This document shows, piece after piece, positions 42,929 to 53,500 of a stretch of DNA of 64,000 bases. The stretch spans positions 959,767 through 1,023,766 of the forward strand of contig JAFYYX010000001.1 of NCBI GenBank assembly GCA_017548925.1, read 5' to 3'. Within the stretch, counting starts at the first letter, position 1. Every line of letters begins with the position of its first letter. A program made the position numbers and the translations under genes. Origin of the DNA: Bacilli bacterium (GTDB taxonomy: Bacteria; Bacillota_I; Bacilli_A; RF39; UBA660). The notes beneath the pieces are model-generated. The model was not told the DNA's origin. It did not search any database and was given only the letters and a program-made list of their open reading frames with translations.

Positions 42929-45900
42929 TTAATTATAAGTTATCATCTTATCTCTAAAGTTTTGAATTAATTGATCTTCTAGCTCAAGTTGTGTTTCAAT
43001 TGCTTCAATTAATTCAGCTTCTGTATTATTACTATCATAACCAGTAAGTCCAAGACCATCTATAAAGTCTAATAATTGTTGTTTAGTTAATGTATTTAAG
43101 TCTGATGCAGTTGGATTTTTAATTCCACTTAATCCATACATATATACATTATAAATATCTTCATTAGTCTTATATGTATTATACATAGTATAGAATCTTG
43201 GATTATAACTAGAATTTTGTAAATTATCATGGAATCTAGTTCTATTTAAAAGTCCAAAATAATATGTTAATTCATAATCTTCTAATCTATCTTCTTCACT
43301 TACACCAAGTAAACCTTCTAAGAAGTAAGCAAGAGTACCAGTTCTATCTGTACCAATAGTGCAGTGGAAGAAAATATTTTCAGAATTATCATTAACTATA
43401 TCTTTCATAACTGTTTTAATAGTATCTCTTAACTCTTTATAGTAAGTCATATTAGTATCAGGATAGATTACATAATTATGCATTACTATATCAGTTGAAG
43501 ATGTAACAGTATTTGAATTAGACTTATCATATTTTGATAATCTTGGTGCACCGTTTTGTTCACTATCAGGTCTTAAATCTATTTCTCTAGTAATTCCTAA
43601 ATTAGTTAAACTTGTAACATCAGCTGCTGTATTAAGTTTTGCACCACGGTATAATCTACCATAATTGATAGTACCAGTCTTAGTAGTATTATTTCTCTCA
43701 AAACTTGTTGCTAAGCCGCCAAGATCACGAACATTTCTAACAGAAGTATAAATAGTTCTTCTTTCACCTGTTGCTTTAACATAACCATAAATATTACTAT
43801 CATTATTAGATTCCCAGTAATATGTTACTCCAGGAATCATATTATAGATTTTTTCATCAGTAACAGTTAAGTAATCAGCAACTGCACCATTTTTAACTTT
43901 AGTAGATTCATTAGAAATTCTAACAGTAATACCAGTAGTTATACCTGTATCATAACCAATAGATTGATCACACTTATTACCAGAAGTAGGGTTATCACAA
44001 TTATTAATATTGTCACAATTACTTCCAGTACAACAAGCTGAACATGAATTAGCAGTGAAATTATCAGACATACTAGATTTAAATGCAGTATAGTTAGTAT
44101 TTGTTGCACCACTAACCCATGTATCAACATTACTAAAGTATGATTTTAAAGCTTCATTATTAATATTGAATGAAACTATTTCATCAGATGATTGACTAGT
44201 CCATTTAGCATAGTAAACAGTATCACTAACAGGTGTAACTGGGAAGTTAACACAAGTTTTTGAAGTAGTATCTGAATACCAACAATCAAATACGTGACCT
44301 GCTTTTACAGGATTAAGACTATCTACATATTGAGCGGTAATAGAATCACCTGGTGTTACATTTGTTGTAGCTATAGGTGTTTCATCACCTTCTTCATTTT
44401 TAAATTGAATTATATAATCGTCGTTTAAAGGTATTAAATATAATACTTTATAACCAAGATCATCTTCTTCATTAAATAACTGAGTATTATCTTCAATATG
44501 AGTATCATCAGGTATTACATCTGATTGATTTTGAATAGCATCAGTTATACCTTTAATGATACCATCATAGAAGTTAATAGTTACATTAGAAGAAGTTCCT
44601 ATACCATATTCTGTTTCACCTATAATAATAGGTGTAGATGTAATAGCTGATCCATCTTTTGTACCAATAGTAACATTTGCATTATTATCAGCATATATAG
44701 CGTACTTATTAGGATTTTTAGCAACAATAGTACCACTCTTAATATTTAAAGTACCACTTAAAATTGTTATAGTTGCCCTTTTATAAGTATCGCTCCATTC
44801 GGCATTAGATTCTAAATATGAAGTACCGCGTATTTCAACTACTGGAGCTCCTAATGAAGAAGTTGTAGAACCACCTTCTGATGGTTTGTTTTCGATAAAT
44901 AAAGCTTGTCTTTTACCTGTTGCTTCGATTCTAACATTATCAAGAACTAAAGAACCTGTATTTAGTTCTACTGCACCTTTAGTTGTTGTACATTGAATAG
45001 TTCCATTCTTTATAACTAAATTGGCTCTTGCTCTAACAACATAATTTTTTGTATTTTTAATAGTATGTCCATTTAAATCAAGGATTATATTTTTATCAAC
45101 TTGATTTGTATATAAATTAATAGACATAGTACTATCATTAACAGTATTATCTTTAAGAATCTTTATAGTTGATTGCGTAGATGGAGCAGCATTAACAGCA
45201 TTTTGAATTACTGTATAAAACTTATTATTATTAAGTTCAGCAACAGCTGTAGTAGGTACCCACTTAGCATATAAAGTCATATTGTTTGTAATAATATCGC
45301 CATCTTTAACTTCTGTTACAAAATCAGTATCTGTATACCATCCATCAAATGTATATCCTGGATTAAAGCTTGAACCAGGTTGTGGAAGTCCACCAACTGC
45401 TGTATTCATTGTTACATACATTTCATCAATAGATGCTGGAGTAACAGTAGTTACATTAGAATCAAGTTCAACATCACCAGATGTTACAAATGTTAAAGTG
45501 AAATCAGATACATCATCTACAACAGAAACATTAATAGTTTTAACAGCAGATGAATTAGTACCTGTCATCGATATTGTTGTAGTACCAACACCAACTGCAG
45601 TAATTTCACCATTGTTATTAACAGTTACTACATTTTCATCATTAGATACAAATGTATAAGGTTCAAGTAGTGATGCATTTGAAACAGTTATCTGATCAGA
45701 ACCACCAGAAACTAATACAAAACTTTCTTGATTTAAAATTGCATTAGATACATCAAGTACCCATTTAGCATGGTAAGTATTGTATCCATCTGGAATTGTA
45801 TTTTCATCAATTAATGTTTCATATTGATCAGTAGTATACCAACCACCAAATGTAGAATCAGTTTTTGTTACATTAGGTAGTGTACCAATACTAGTACCCT

Positions 45901-48900
45901 TAACTACACTTTGATATTCATTATCAACAGTTCCACCATGAGGATCAAATTTAACAATATAATTATCATGCTCTAATTGTTCTAAAGGAAGTTCAATAAC
46001 AGGTCTAACATTGTTCTCACTTGAATTTAACTTACTAGAATCAATTACAGCATAGTTTCTGGCATCTTTATGGTATCTTGATTTAAGTTCACCATTTTCA
46101 TCAGTAGCCCAAACAGTAGATCTACCACCATTTCCAGCATAACTAGTATTTTCAAATAAGAAATTAATATGATCAAGTGCTCCACCTGATGTAATATTTT
46201 GAGTACCAGCAGCAGCGATTAAATCAGCTTTGCTTATAAATCTAGCAACTCGATTGTCTTCATATGAAGCAGTTAAATTTGTCCATGTTGATGTAGTTGG
46301 TAAATATGAATAAGGTTCATTTGGAATAGTTATTCCTACACCAGTATTATCACTATAAATAAGTACTGCTTTATCATCTATGGTTCTTAAATAATAGAAT
46401 CGTTTATTAAATCCAGTACCATCAACGTCACATAGGTAAGCATCACCAACTTGAATAGTATCAGAAGATGCAATATTACCGTATGTAATTGTATCTCCTT
46501 GTTGATATCCAGATGCAACGCAACCTTTTGATCCACCATTAGATAATGAACATGTCTCAGTATCAAGTGTAAGAGCTTTCTTACATATAATTGGAAGTGG
46601 TCCATCAACTCTATAATGAGCTGTATAAGTTCTATTACCATGGCTACCAGTTGGAATAGTTACTTCCATTACTTTTACAGAACTACTACCAAAAGTCCAT
46701 CCTGTAAATATATATCCATCTTTAGTAGGATTATTTAAAGTAATATTATTACTTTCAACATTATAAGTATTAGGGTTAGTAACACCTGTTTCTAACTCTC
46801 CATCATCTAAAACATAAGTAATAGTATATTCTGTTGGTGTAAATATAGCATTAAGTTCTATATCAGAAGTTACAGGTGTACTAAAGTTATATTCACTATT
46901 ACCTATATACCAATTATCAAAATCATAATAATCCTTACTTGGATCACTAGGTTTTGTAGCAGTTTCTCCATGATTAATAGTTTGTTCTGGAATAGTATCA
47001 CCATTATTAGTTACAAATGATACTGTATAAGTCTTAGTTACATAAACAGGACTTATAGTTAAAGCTCCAGTTAAAGTAAATGTATATGGATTAGTAGTTA
47101 CATTATTACTCCAGTTAGTAAATGAATAAGCATCTTCTAAACCAGCAGTAAGAGTAATTTCTGTACCATACTTATAAGTTCCAGTAGCTAATGAACTTGT
47201 TGCATTATATCCATTATCATTAAATGTATATAAATAAGTTTGTCTTTCATATTCATAAACTTTAGTAGCACTACCATCAGGTAAAATAGTTAATGACTTA
47301 CTTGTAGTTGGATCTTTAAATCCTGTAGGTGTATTATATTCAATTTCTATAATATCATCAGTAGTTCCATAATATATTTCTGGAGCCTCTTCAGTATATT
47401 CATCATTATTTAAATTTTGATATTTTCTAATTACTTTATATTGTGTATTAGTTTTTGGTGTATAGTGAGCAGTAAATGATTTATTACCAGTTGAATGAAT
47501 TGGTATTTCAGGTGAAATTATTACACTTGTACCTGTTACCATCCATCCATCAAAATCATATCCTTGTTTATTTGGTGTTGGTAAATTAACTGAATGTTCA
47601 TAATCATAAGTTTCTGGATATTCACCTGTTAAAGTACCACCATCAGTAATATAAGTAATTGTATATGTATCAAGTGAATAATTTGCAGTAAGTGTTATAG
47701 GGCCAGTAACTGCTGAAGTAAAGTCATATTCAGAGTTATCTAAAGTCCAATAATTAAATGTATAACCAGTTTTTTCTGGATCAGTACTAGGTTCACTAAC
47801 AGCATCACCATATACAACTTCTTCATAAGTAACACCTTCAGTATTATTTGGATCAAATGTAACAGTACATGTATAAACAGGACTAATAGTTACATCAGAA
47901 GTTAGGTTAAATGTATATGTACTAGTTGTTTCATCATTACTCCACTTAACAAATGTGCATCCTTGTTTAGAACCCGCTGTTAAAGTAATCTCTTTACCAT
48001 AACGGTATGTATTATTAGAAACACTACTTGTTACTAAATTAGTTATATCATTTAAAGTAAATGAATGAGTTTCTCTTTCATACTCATATATTTTAGTAGC
48101 TTCTCCATCACCGGTAATTGTTAAAGATTGTGATGTAGTTGGTTCAACAAAACCTTCAAGTGTTTGATAAGGAACAGTAATAGTATCACCTGTTGTACCA
48201 GTTGTATTTGGTTCAATTACTTCATCGTATCCATCATCATCAATATGTTGATATCTGTGTTTAACAGTATAAGGTGTATCTCCATTTGCTGTATATTCAG
48301 CAACTAGTGTAATAGGTCCAGTAACTGTTGTATTAGCAAAATCATATTGAGAATCATTTAATTTCCAGTAGCTAAATGTATAACCATCTTTTGAAGGATT
48401 AGCTGGTGCATCAACTTTTTCACCATACTCTACTTCAGTAGATGTAGTAGATCCTCCATTATTTGGATTGAATGTAACAGTACATGTATAAATAGGACTA
48501 ATAGTTACATCACTAGTTAAGTTAAATGTATATGTACTAGTTGTTACATTATTACTCCATTTAACAAATGTACAACCTGTCTTTTCACCAGCAGTTAAAG
48601 TAATTTCTTTACCATAACGATATGTATTATTAGAAACACTACTTGTTACTAAATTAGTTATATCATTTAAAGTAAATGAATGAGTTTCTCTTACATATTC
48701 ATATACTTTTTCAGCACTACCATCACCAAGTATTTTTAGTGATTGTGATGTAGTAGGTTCTATAAATCCATCAAGTGTTTGATATGGAACATTAATTATA
48801 GTATCAGTAGTTCCTACGGTATTACTTTCAACTACTTCATCAAAACCATCATCATCAATATGTTGATATTTATGTTTAACAGTATATGGTGTATTAGTAT

Positions 48901-50458
48901 TAGCTGTATAAACAGGACTAATAGTAACATCACCAGTTAAAGTAATTTGATATGGATTAGTAGTTACATCATTACTCCATTTAGTAAATGTATAACCATC
49001 TATATCATTTGCAGTTAAATTAATAACTGTTCCATAAGGATAATTTCCATTAACTGTATCACTAGTTACATTAGTAGTATCAGTTAAAACAAAATCATAA
49101 GTTTCTCTTTCATATTCATAAACTTTTTCAGCAGAGCCATCAGCTAAAATAGTTAAATGTTTATCTGTAGTAGGAGTTTTAAATCCAGTAATAACTCTAT
49201 AATCTACTTCAATAACTGCTCCTGTTGTACCAACAGTATTTTCTTCAGTTACTACATCAAAACCATCATCATTTAAATGTCTATATTTATGAGTAACAGT
49301 ATAAGGAGTATCAGTTTTTGGAGTATATATAGCCTTATAAGACTTATTACCTACTTCATCTTTAATATTAACATTAAGTACAGTTTCAGTAGAATTATTT
49401 AATCTCCATCCAACAAAGTCATAACCTTGTTTAGAAGGATTAAATAAAGTTATATCACTATCAACATCATATTCAGTTGGATTAGTATTAGATCCAAGTG
49501 AACCACCATCTAAATCATATGATATTTCATAAGTTTCTTTAGTATATCTAGCTTCTAAACTAATAGGAGATGTAATAACTGTATCAAAATCATAAACTTC
49601 ATTATTTAAATACCAATTATCAAATTTATATCCTCTTTTTGTAGGATCTTCAGGTTTAGTAAGCTTAGCACCTTTAGCTAAAGATTTATAAATAATACTA
49701 GATCCATTACCTAAATCAATTTCAATATCATAAGCAACAGTTTTAATATTATTACTAAATTTAATAGAAAGTCTTAATGTGTTAGCATAAACACATAAAG
49801 GTATCAACATAAATCCAAGAATAACAATTATTTTATTTTTCTTTTTATTTTTGGATAATACTACTAATCCAATAATTGATATACCACCAAGAATGAAGTA
49901 AATAATTACACTATCACCTGTTTTAGGACTTCCACCTTTATCTTCTTCATCAGGATTAACACTTGGTGTTATTTCTTCTTGTTCTTCTCCTCCACCAACT
50001 TTTTCATATGTAATTATTAAATTAGTTTCAGTATTAGACAAATCAGGATCAGTTGCTTGTTTAATATAAGTAATTGTTAAACTAAGGTCTTTTTCTGTTC
50101 CTGCGTTTACTACAACATTAGATAAATTATCATAAGTATATTTCAAATACTCAGAAGTATTATTATCAGTAATTGATTTAATAGTGTAATCTTCACTACT
50201 AGTATTTTTAATTTTTAAATCATATATTATATAATCATTAACATCAGAAAATAAAACATCATTAATTATTTCATCATTATTTAAATCAACATCATTAACA
50301 GTAACTCCTGTAGATTTTTCTTTAACTGTAATACCAAAAATTTTAAAGATTGGTTCTGCAGCATATGAAGAGATAATGTTAAACACACAAAAAGAAAGTA
50401 CTATAAAAAGTAGTGATTTTAATGTAACTCTGTATACCTTCTTCATATCATACACCAC
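42929..50458 (-). CDS. giant (2509 aa) multi-domain surface protein: many Flg_new repeats, ~205-aa tandem repeats, Big_2-like and beta-helix-like regions, C-terminal tyrosine-phosphatase-like domain
   Basis: Signal peptide ..SSYA|AEP. Internal GGSPKTG plus TM plus KNKKKNK at aa 175-209. At least ten (D/N)GG..(Y/F)(D/T)F.GW repeats of Flg_new type. Four YTV.HKYQ..DDDG.D-type repeats. VSNASLLEPYTFVSNDENVVTVNNNGEITAVGVGTTTISMTG is Big_2-like. VRNVRDLGG..FFHCTIGTDRTG is a CX5R motif of the Y_phosphatase3 type. Confidence 0.85.
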   Translation of the reverse strand: MVYDMKKVYRVTLKSLLFIVLSFCVFNIISSYAAEPIFKIFGITVKEKSTGVTVNDVDLNNDEIINDVLFSDVNDYIIYDLKIKNTSSEDYTIKSITDNNTSEYLKYTYDNLSNVVVNAGTEKDLSLTITYIKQATDPDLSNTETNLIITYEKVGGGEEQEEITPSVNPDEEDKGGSPKTGDSVIIYFILGGISIIGLVVLSKNKKKNKIIVILGFMLIPLCVYANTLRLSIKFSNNIKTVAYDIEIDLGNGSSIIYKSLAKGAKLTKPEDPTKRGYKFDNWYLNNEVYDFDTVITSPISLEARYTKETYEISYDLDGGSLGSNTNPTEYDVDSDITLFNPSKQGYDFVGWRLNNSTETVLNVNIKDEVGNKSYKAIYTPKTDTPYTVTHKYRHLNDDGFDVVTEENTVGTTGAVIEVDYRVITGFKTPTTDKHLTILADGSAEKVYEYERETYDFVLTDTTNVTSDTVNGNYPYGTVINLTANDIDGYTFTKWSNDVTTNPYQITLTGDVTISPVYTANTNTPYTVKHKYQHIDDDGFDEVVESNTVGTTDTIINVPYQTLDGFIEPTTSQSLKILGDGSAEKVYEYVRETHSFTLNDITNLVTSSVSNNTYRYGKEITLTAGEKTGCTFVKWSNNVTTSTYTFNLTSDVTISPIYTCTVTFNPNNGGSTTSTEVEYGEKVDAPANPSKDGYTFSYWKLNDSQYDFANTTVTGPITLVAEYTANGDTPYTVKHRYQHIDDDGYDEVIEPNTTGTTGDTITVPYQTLEGFVEPTTSQSLTITGDGEATKIYEYERETHSFTLNDITNLVTSSVSNNTYRYGKEITLTAGSKQGCTFVKWSNDETTSTYTFNLTSDVTISPVYTCTVTFDPNNTEGVTYEEVVYGDAVSEPSTDPEKTGYTFNYWTLDNSEYDFTSAVTGPITLTANYSLDTYTITYITDGGTLTGEYPETYDYEHSVNLPTPNKQGYDFDGWMVTGTSVIISPEIPIHSTGNKSFTAHYTPKTNTQYKVIRKYQNLNNDEYTEEAPEIYYGTTDDIIEIEYNTPTGFKDPTTSKSLTILPDGSATKVYEYERQTYLYTFNDNGYNATSSLATGTYKYGTEITLTAGLEDAYSFTNWSNNVTTNPYTFTLTGALTISPVYVTKTYTVSFVTNNGDTIPEQTINHGETATKPSDPSKDYYDFDNWYIGNSEYNFSTPVTSDIELNAIFTPTEYTITYVLDDGELETGVTNPNTYNVESNNITLNNPTKDGYIFTGWTFGSSSVKVMEVTIPTGSHGNRTYTAHYRVDGPLPIICKKALTLDTETCSLSNGGSKGCVASGYQQGDTITYGNIASSDTIQVGDAYLCDVDGTGFNKRFYYLRTIDDKAVLIYSDNTGVGITIPNEPYSYLPTTSTWTNLTASYEDNRVARFISKADLIAAAGTQNITSGGALDHINFLFENTSYAGNGGRSTVWATDENGELKSRYHKDARNYAVIDSSKLNSSENNVRPVIELPLEQLEHDNYIVKFDPHGGTVDNEYQSVVKGTSIGTLPNVTKTDSTFGGWYTTDQYETLIDENTIPDGYNTYHAKWVLDVSNAILNQESFVLVSGGSDQITVSNASLLEPYTFVSNDENVVTVNNNGEITAVGVGTTTISMTGTNSSAVKTINVSVVDDVSDFTLTFVTSGDVELDSNVTTVTPASIDEMYVTMNTAVGGLPQPGSSFNPGYTFDGWYTDTDFVTEVKDGDIITNNMTLYAKWVPTTAVAELNNNKFYTVIQNAVNAAPSTQSTIKILKDNTVNDSTMSINLYTNQVDKNIILDLNGHTIKNTKNYVVRARANLVIKNGTIQCTTTKGAVELNTGSLVLDNVRIEATGKRQALFIENKPSEGGSTTSSLGAPVVEIRGTSYLESNAEWSDTYKRATITILSGTLNIKSGTIVAKNPNKYAIYADNNANVTIGTKDGSAITSTPIIIGETEYGIGTSSNVTINFYDGIIKGITDAIQNQSDVIPDDTHIEDNTQLFNEEDDLGYKVLYLIPLNDDYIIQFKNEEGDETPIATTNVTPGDSITAQYVDSLNPVKAGHVFDCWYSDTTSKTCVNFPVTPVSDTVYYAKWTSQSSDEIVSFNINNEALKSYFSNVDTWVSGATNTNYTAFKSSMSDNFTANSCSACCTGSNCDNINNCDNPTSGNKCDQSIGYDTGITTGITVRISNESTKVKNGAVADYLTVTDEKIYNMIPGVTYYWESNNDSNIYGYVKATGERRTIYTSVRNVRDLGGLATSFERNNTTKTGTINYGRLYRGAKLNTAADVTSLTNLGITREIDLRPDSEQNGAPRLSKYDKSNSNTVTSSTDIVMHNYVIYPDTNMTYYKELRDTIKTVMKDIVNDNSENIFFHCTIGTDRTGTLAYFLEGLLGVSEEDRLEDYELTYYFGLLNRTRFHDNLQNSSYNPRFYTMYNTYKTNEDIYNVYMYGLSGIKNPTASDLNTLTKQQLLDFIDGLGLTGYDSNNTEAELIEAIETQLELEDQLIQNFRDKMITYN
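47670..48900 (-). repeat. two near-identical in-frame 615-bp (205-aa) tandem repeat units inside the giant gene
   Basis: The string ATTATTAGAAACACTACTTGTTACTAAATTAGTTATATCATTTAAAGTAAATGAATGAGTTTCTCT occurs at 48011 and again at 48626 (offset 615 bp). The protein segments ETHSFTLNDITNLVTSSVSNNTYRYGKEITLTAG are identical. More divergent copies flank on both sides (about 46990-49350). Confidence 0.75.
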
Positions 50459-50535
50459 GCTATTTTAATTATACCATATTTATTATTCTTTTTTAACCAT
50501 TAAAATATACATTTTTACAAGAAAAAATAAAACTT

Positions 50536-53500
50536 CTAAGCCTCTTGCTTAGAAGTTAAATCTTTATAGTATTCATATCTGTTTTTTAGTTCTTCTTTTT
50601 GATTTGAAAGAAGTTCCTCAGCTAGCTTTTCATCCTTAATTTTAAGGGCTTTAAATCTAGTTTCATTATCCCATAATTCCTCAAGTTTTTCATATTTAGG
50701 TTCTTTAGAGTCTAAATACAATTTATTTTCTTCAGGATTATATCTCATCAAAAGTGTATAACCAGATTCAACAACCAATTTTTGTTCCATATTTGAACAT
50801 CCAGATTTTATACCATGTTCAATGCAAGGAGCATAAGCTATTATTATTGATGGTCCATCATGATTTTCAGCCTCTTTAAATGCTTTAATTGCTTGAATTG
50901 GATTAGCACCTAAACTAATAGATGCAACATAGCAATTTGGATAACTCATAGCTATTCTAAATAAATCTTTTTTATAGTTCTTTTTACCAAAATTAGCAAA
51001 CTCTGCTACTTGACCTATCTGACTAGATTTACTCATTTGTCCTCCAGTATTTGAATATACCTCAGTATCTAAAACAAGCATTCTAGCTTTGGTATTTGAT
51101 GAAAGAACATGATCTATTCCACCAAATCCAATATCATATGCCCATCCATCTCCACCAATTGTCCATACACTTCTCGATGGTATATAATCAATGAGTTTTT
51201 TAATTTCTTCAGGTAAATCTTCAATTAAAGATAACTCATCTTTAATTTTAATTGTCTCATCAAAATTATCAAAGTTTTCTTTTAATCTATCAAACACTGA
51301 TTTTAAACCAATAGTAACACTATCATAATATTTATCTATAGCTTCTTTTAGATGTTCTCTTTTTTGATTATATGAAAGAAGCATACCAAAACCAAATTCT
51401 GCATTATCTTCAAATAAACTTGAAGCCCACGGAATAGAATATGGAGTTCTTGGAGCACTACCACCATAAATACTAGAACATCCAGTGGCATTAGCAATAA
51501 CTAGTTTTTTATCAAATAATTGCGTTAAAAGCTTAATATATGGAGTTTCACCACAACCAGCACAAGCTCCAGGATTTATAAAACATGATTTTTTAAGTTG
51601 TGAACCAACAATATCATCAGTTTTTGCTTCTGGATTAATGTGATTAAAGAATTCATCTGTTACTTCTGGTGCTTCAGTATATTTAACAAATTTAAGTGGT
51701 TTAGTTTCATCTTTGACAGGACAAGTTTTAAGACATTCACCACAGCCTGTACAAATATCTTTATTAATTAATATCTTAAATTTATAATCTTTATCTTTTT
51801 TATACTCTATACCTTCAGTTTTATTTAAAATTACCCTAATAGCGCCGTGAGGACATACCAAACTACAGTTAGCACATCCAATGCAAGAATCTTTATTCCA
51901 CATTGGAACTAATTCTGTAGATATTTTCTTATCCTTTGTAGCTAAATCATTTGGCATAACACCATTAGCAAATTCTAAACATTCACTTACTTTTAAATAG
52001 TTTCCAAGTCTTTTATTAATTCTTTCATAGATATTTAAATCTTCATTTGGAAGTTCATCACCAATTTCAAATGCAGAATACACATTTATGTTATATAAAG
52101 CTTGTTCTAGAGCTTTAATGTTATTATTTATTACATCTTCACCTTTAGTTTTAAATGCTTCTCTAACCTTTTCACTAACAACTTTAGTAGCATCATTAAC
52201 ACCAAGAACTCTTAAAATAATAACTTCCATAATCTTACTGATTTTACCTTTTAAGTTATTTTCGTTAGCTAGTTTATCGGCATCTACTAAATAAACCATA
52301 ATATTTTTAGTAAATATATCAGTTTTAACTTCACCTTTAACATAAGAATTAAATTCTTCTTCTTTCAAGGATGTATTAACAAGTAGAACTCCTCTATCAG
52401 ATATACCTTCTAAACAATTATATTTATTTAAATATTCAAGTTTGGTTACTACAACAAAATTAGGATTTTTAACATAATAAGGTGCTCTTATTTCACTTCT
52501 ACCAACTCTTAAATGTGATACAGTTACTCCACCAGATTTTCTTGAATCATATTCAAAATAACCTTGAGCTATTCTACCTTGTTTATTAACTAAAATATCG
52601 AGCATTTCCTTAGATGCAGATACCATACCATCTGATCCATAACCAAAGATTTTAACTTCATCTAATTTTAAATCCAAATTAAATGTTTCTCTTGGTAAAG
52701 ATAAATTAGTTACATCATCAACTATACCTATAGTAAAGTTATTTTTCTTATGTCCCATAAGCATAGTAAATACAGATTTTATATCAGCTGGTGTTACATC
52801 TTTACTAGATAGTCCATATCTTCCACCAACTATATCAATATTTTTATCAGCAAGTGCTGCAACAACATCTAAATATAATGGTTCTCCAATAGAACCTGCT
52901 TCTTTAGTTCTATCTAAAACTGCTATTCTTTTAACAGTTTCTGGAAGTGCTTTAAGTAAAAATTCTTTACTAAATGGTCTATATAAATGAACAGAAATCA
53001 TACCTACGTCATAACCATTTCTATTTAAATTATCAACAACTAATTTAGTAGTATCAGATGCACTGCCCATAACAATAATAATATCACTAGCTTTATAACT
53101 ACCATAATACTCAAATGGTGCATAATTAGTACCTAAAATACTATTAACTCTATCCATATACTTAGCAACAATTTCAGGCATGTTATTATAGGCTTTATTT
53201 CTTGCTTCTGTAGTTTGAAAATATATATCCTCGTTTTGTGCAAGACCACTTTGAATATCATTACCTACGTTAATAAATCTATCTTTATATTTATCAATTT
53301 GATTAATATCAAATAAAGTTTTTATATCATCAGTTGAAAGTATATTTACTGTATTCATTTCATGGCTTGTTCTAAATCCATCAAAGAAATGCAAGAATGG
53401 TAAACTTCCCTCAATTGCAGATAAATGCGCAACAGCAGCTAAATTACCTGCTTCTTCAACATTACTAGATGCTAGCATACAAAATCCTGTTGCTCTAGTT

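Noticed and set aside
43316-43381. An apparent +1/-1 frame discrepancy when I hand-translated the region encoding FFHCTIGTDRTG in the giant gene.
   Set aside because: The computed ORF track shows an uninterrupted 2509-aa frame through this region. The discrepancy coincides with line breaks in my manual reading and is most likely my own counting error, not a frameshift.
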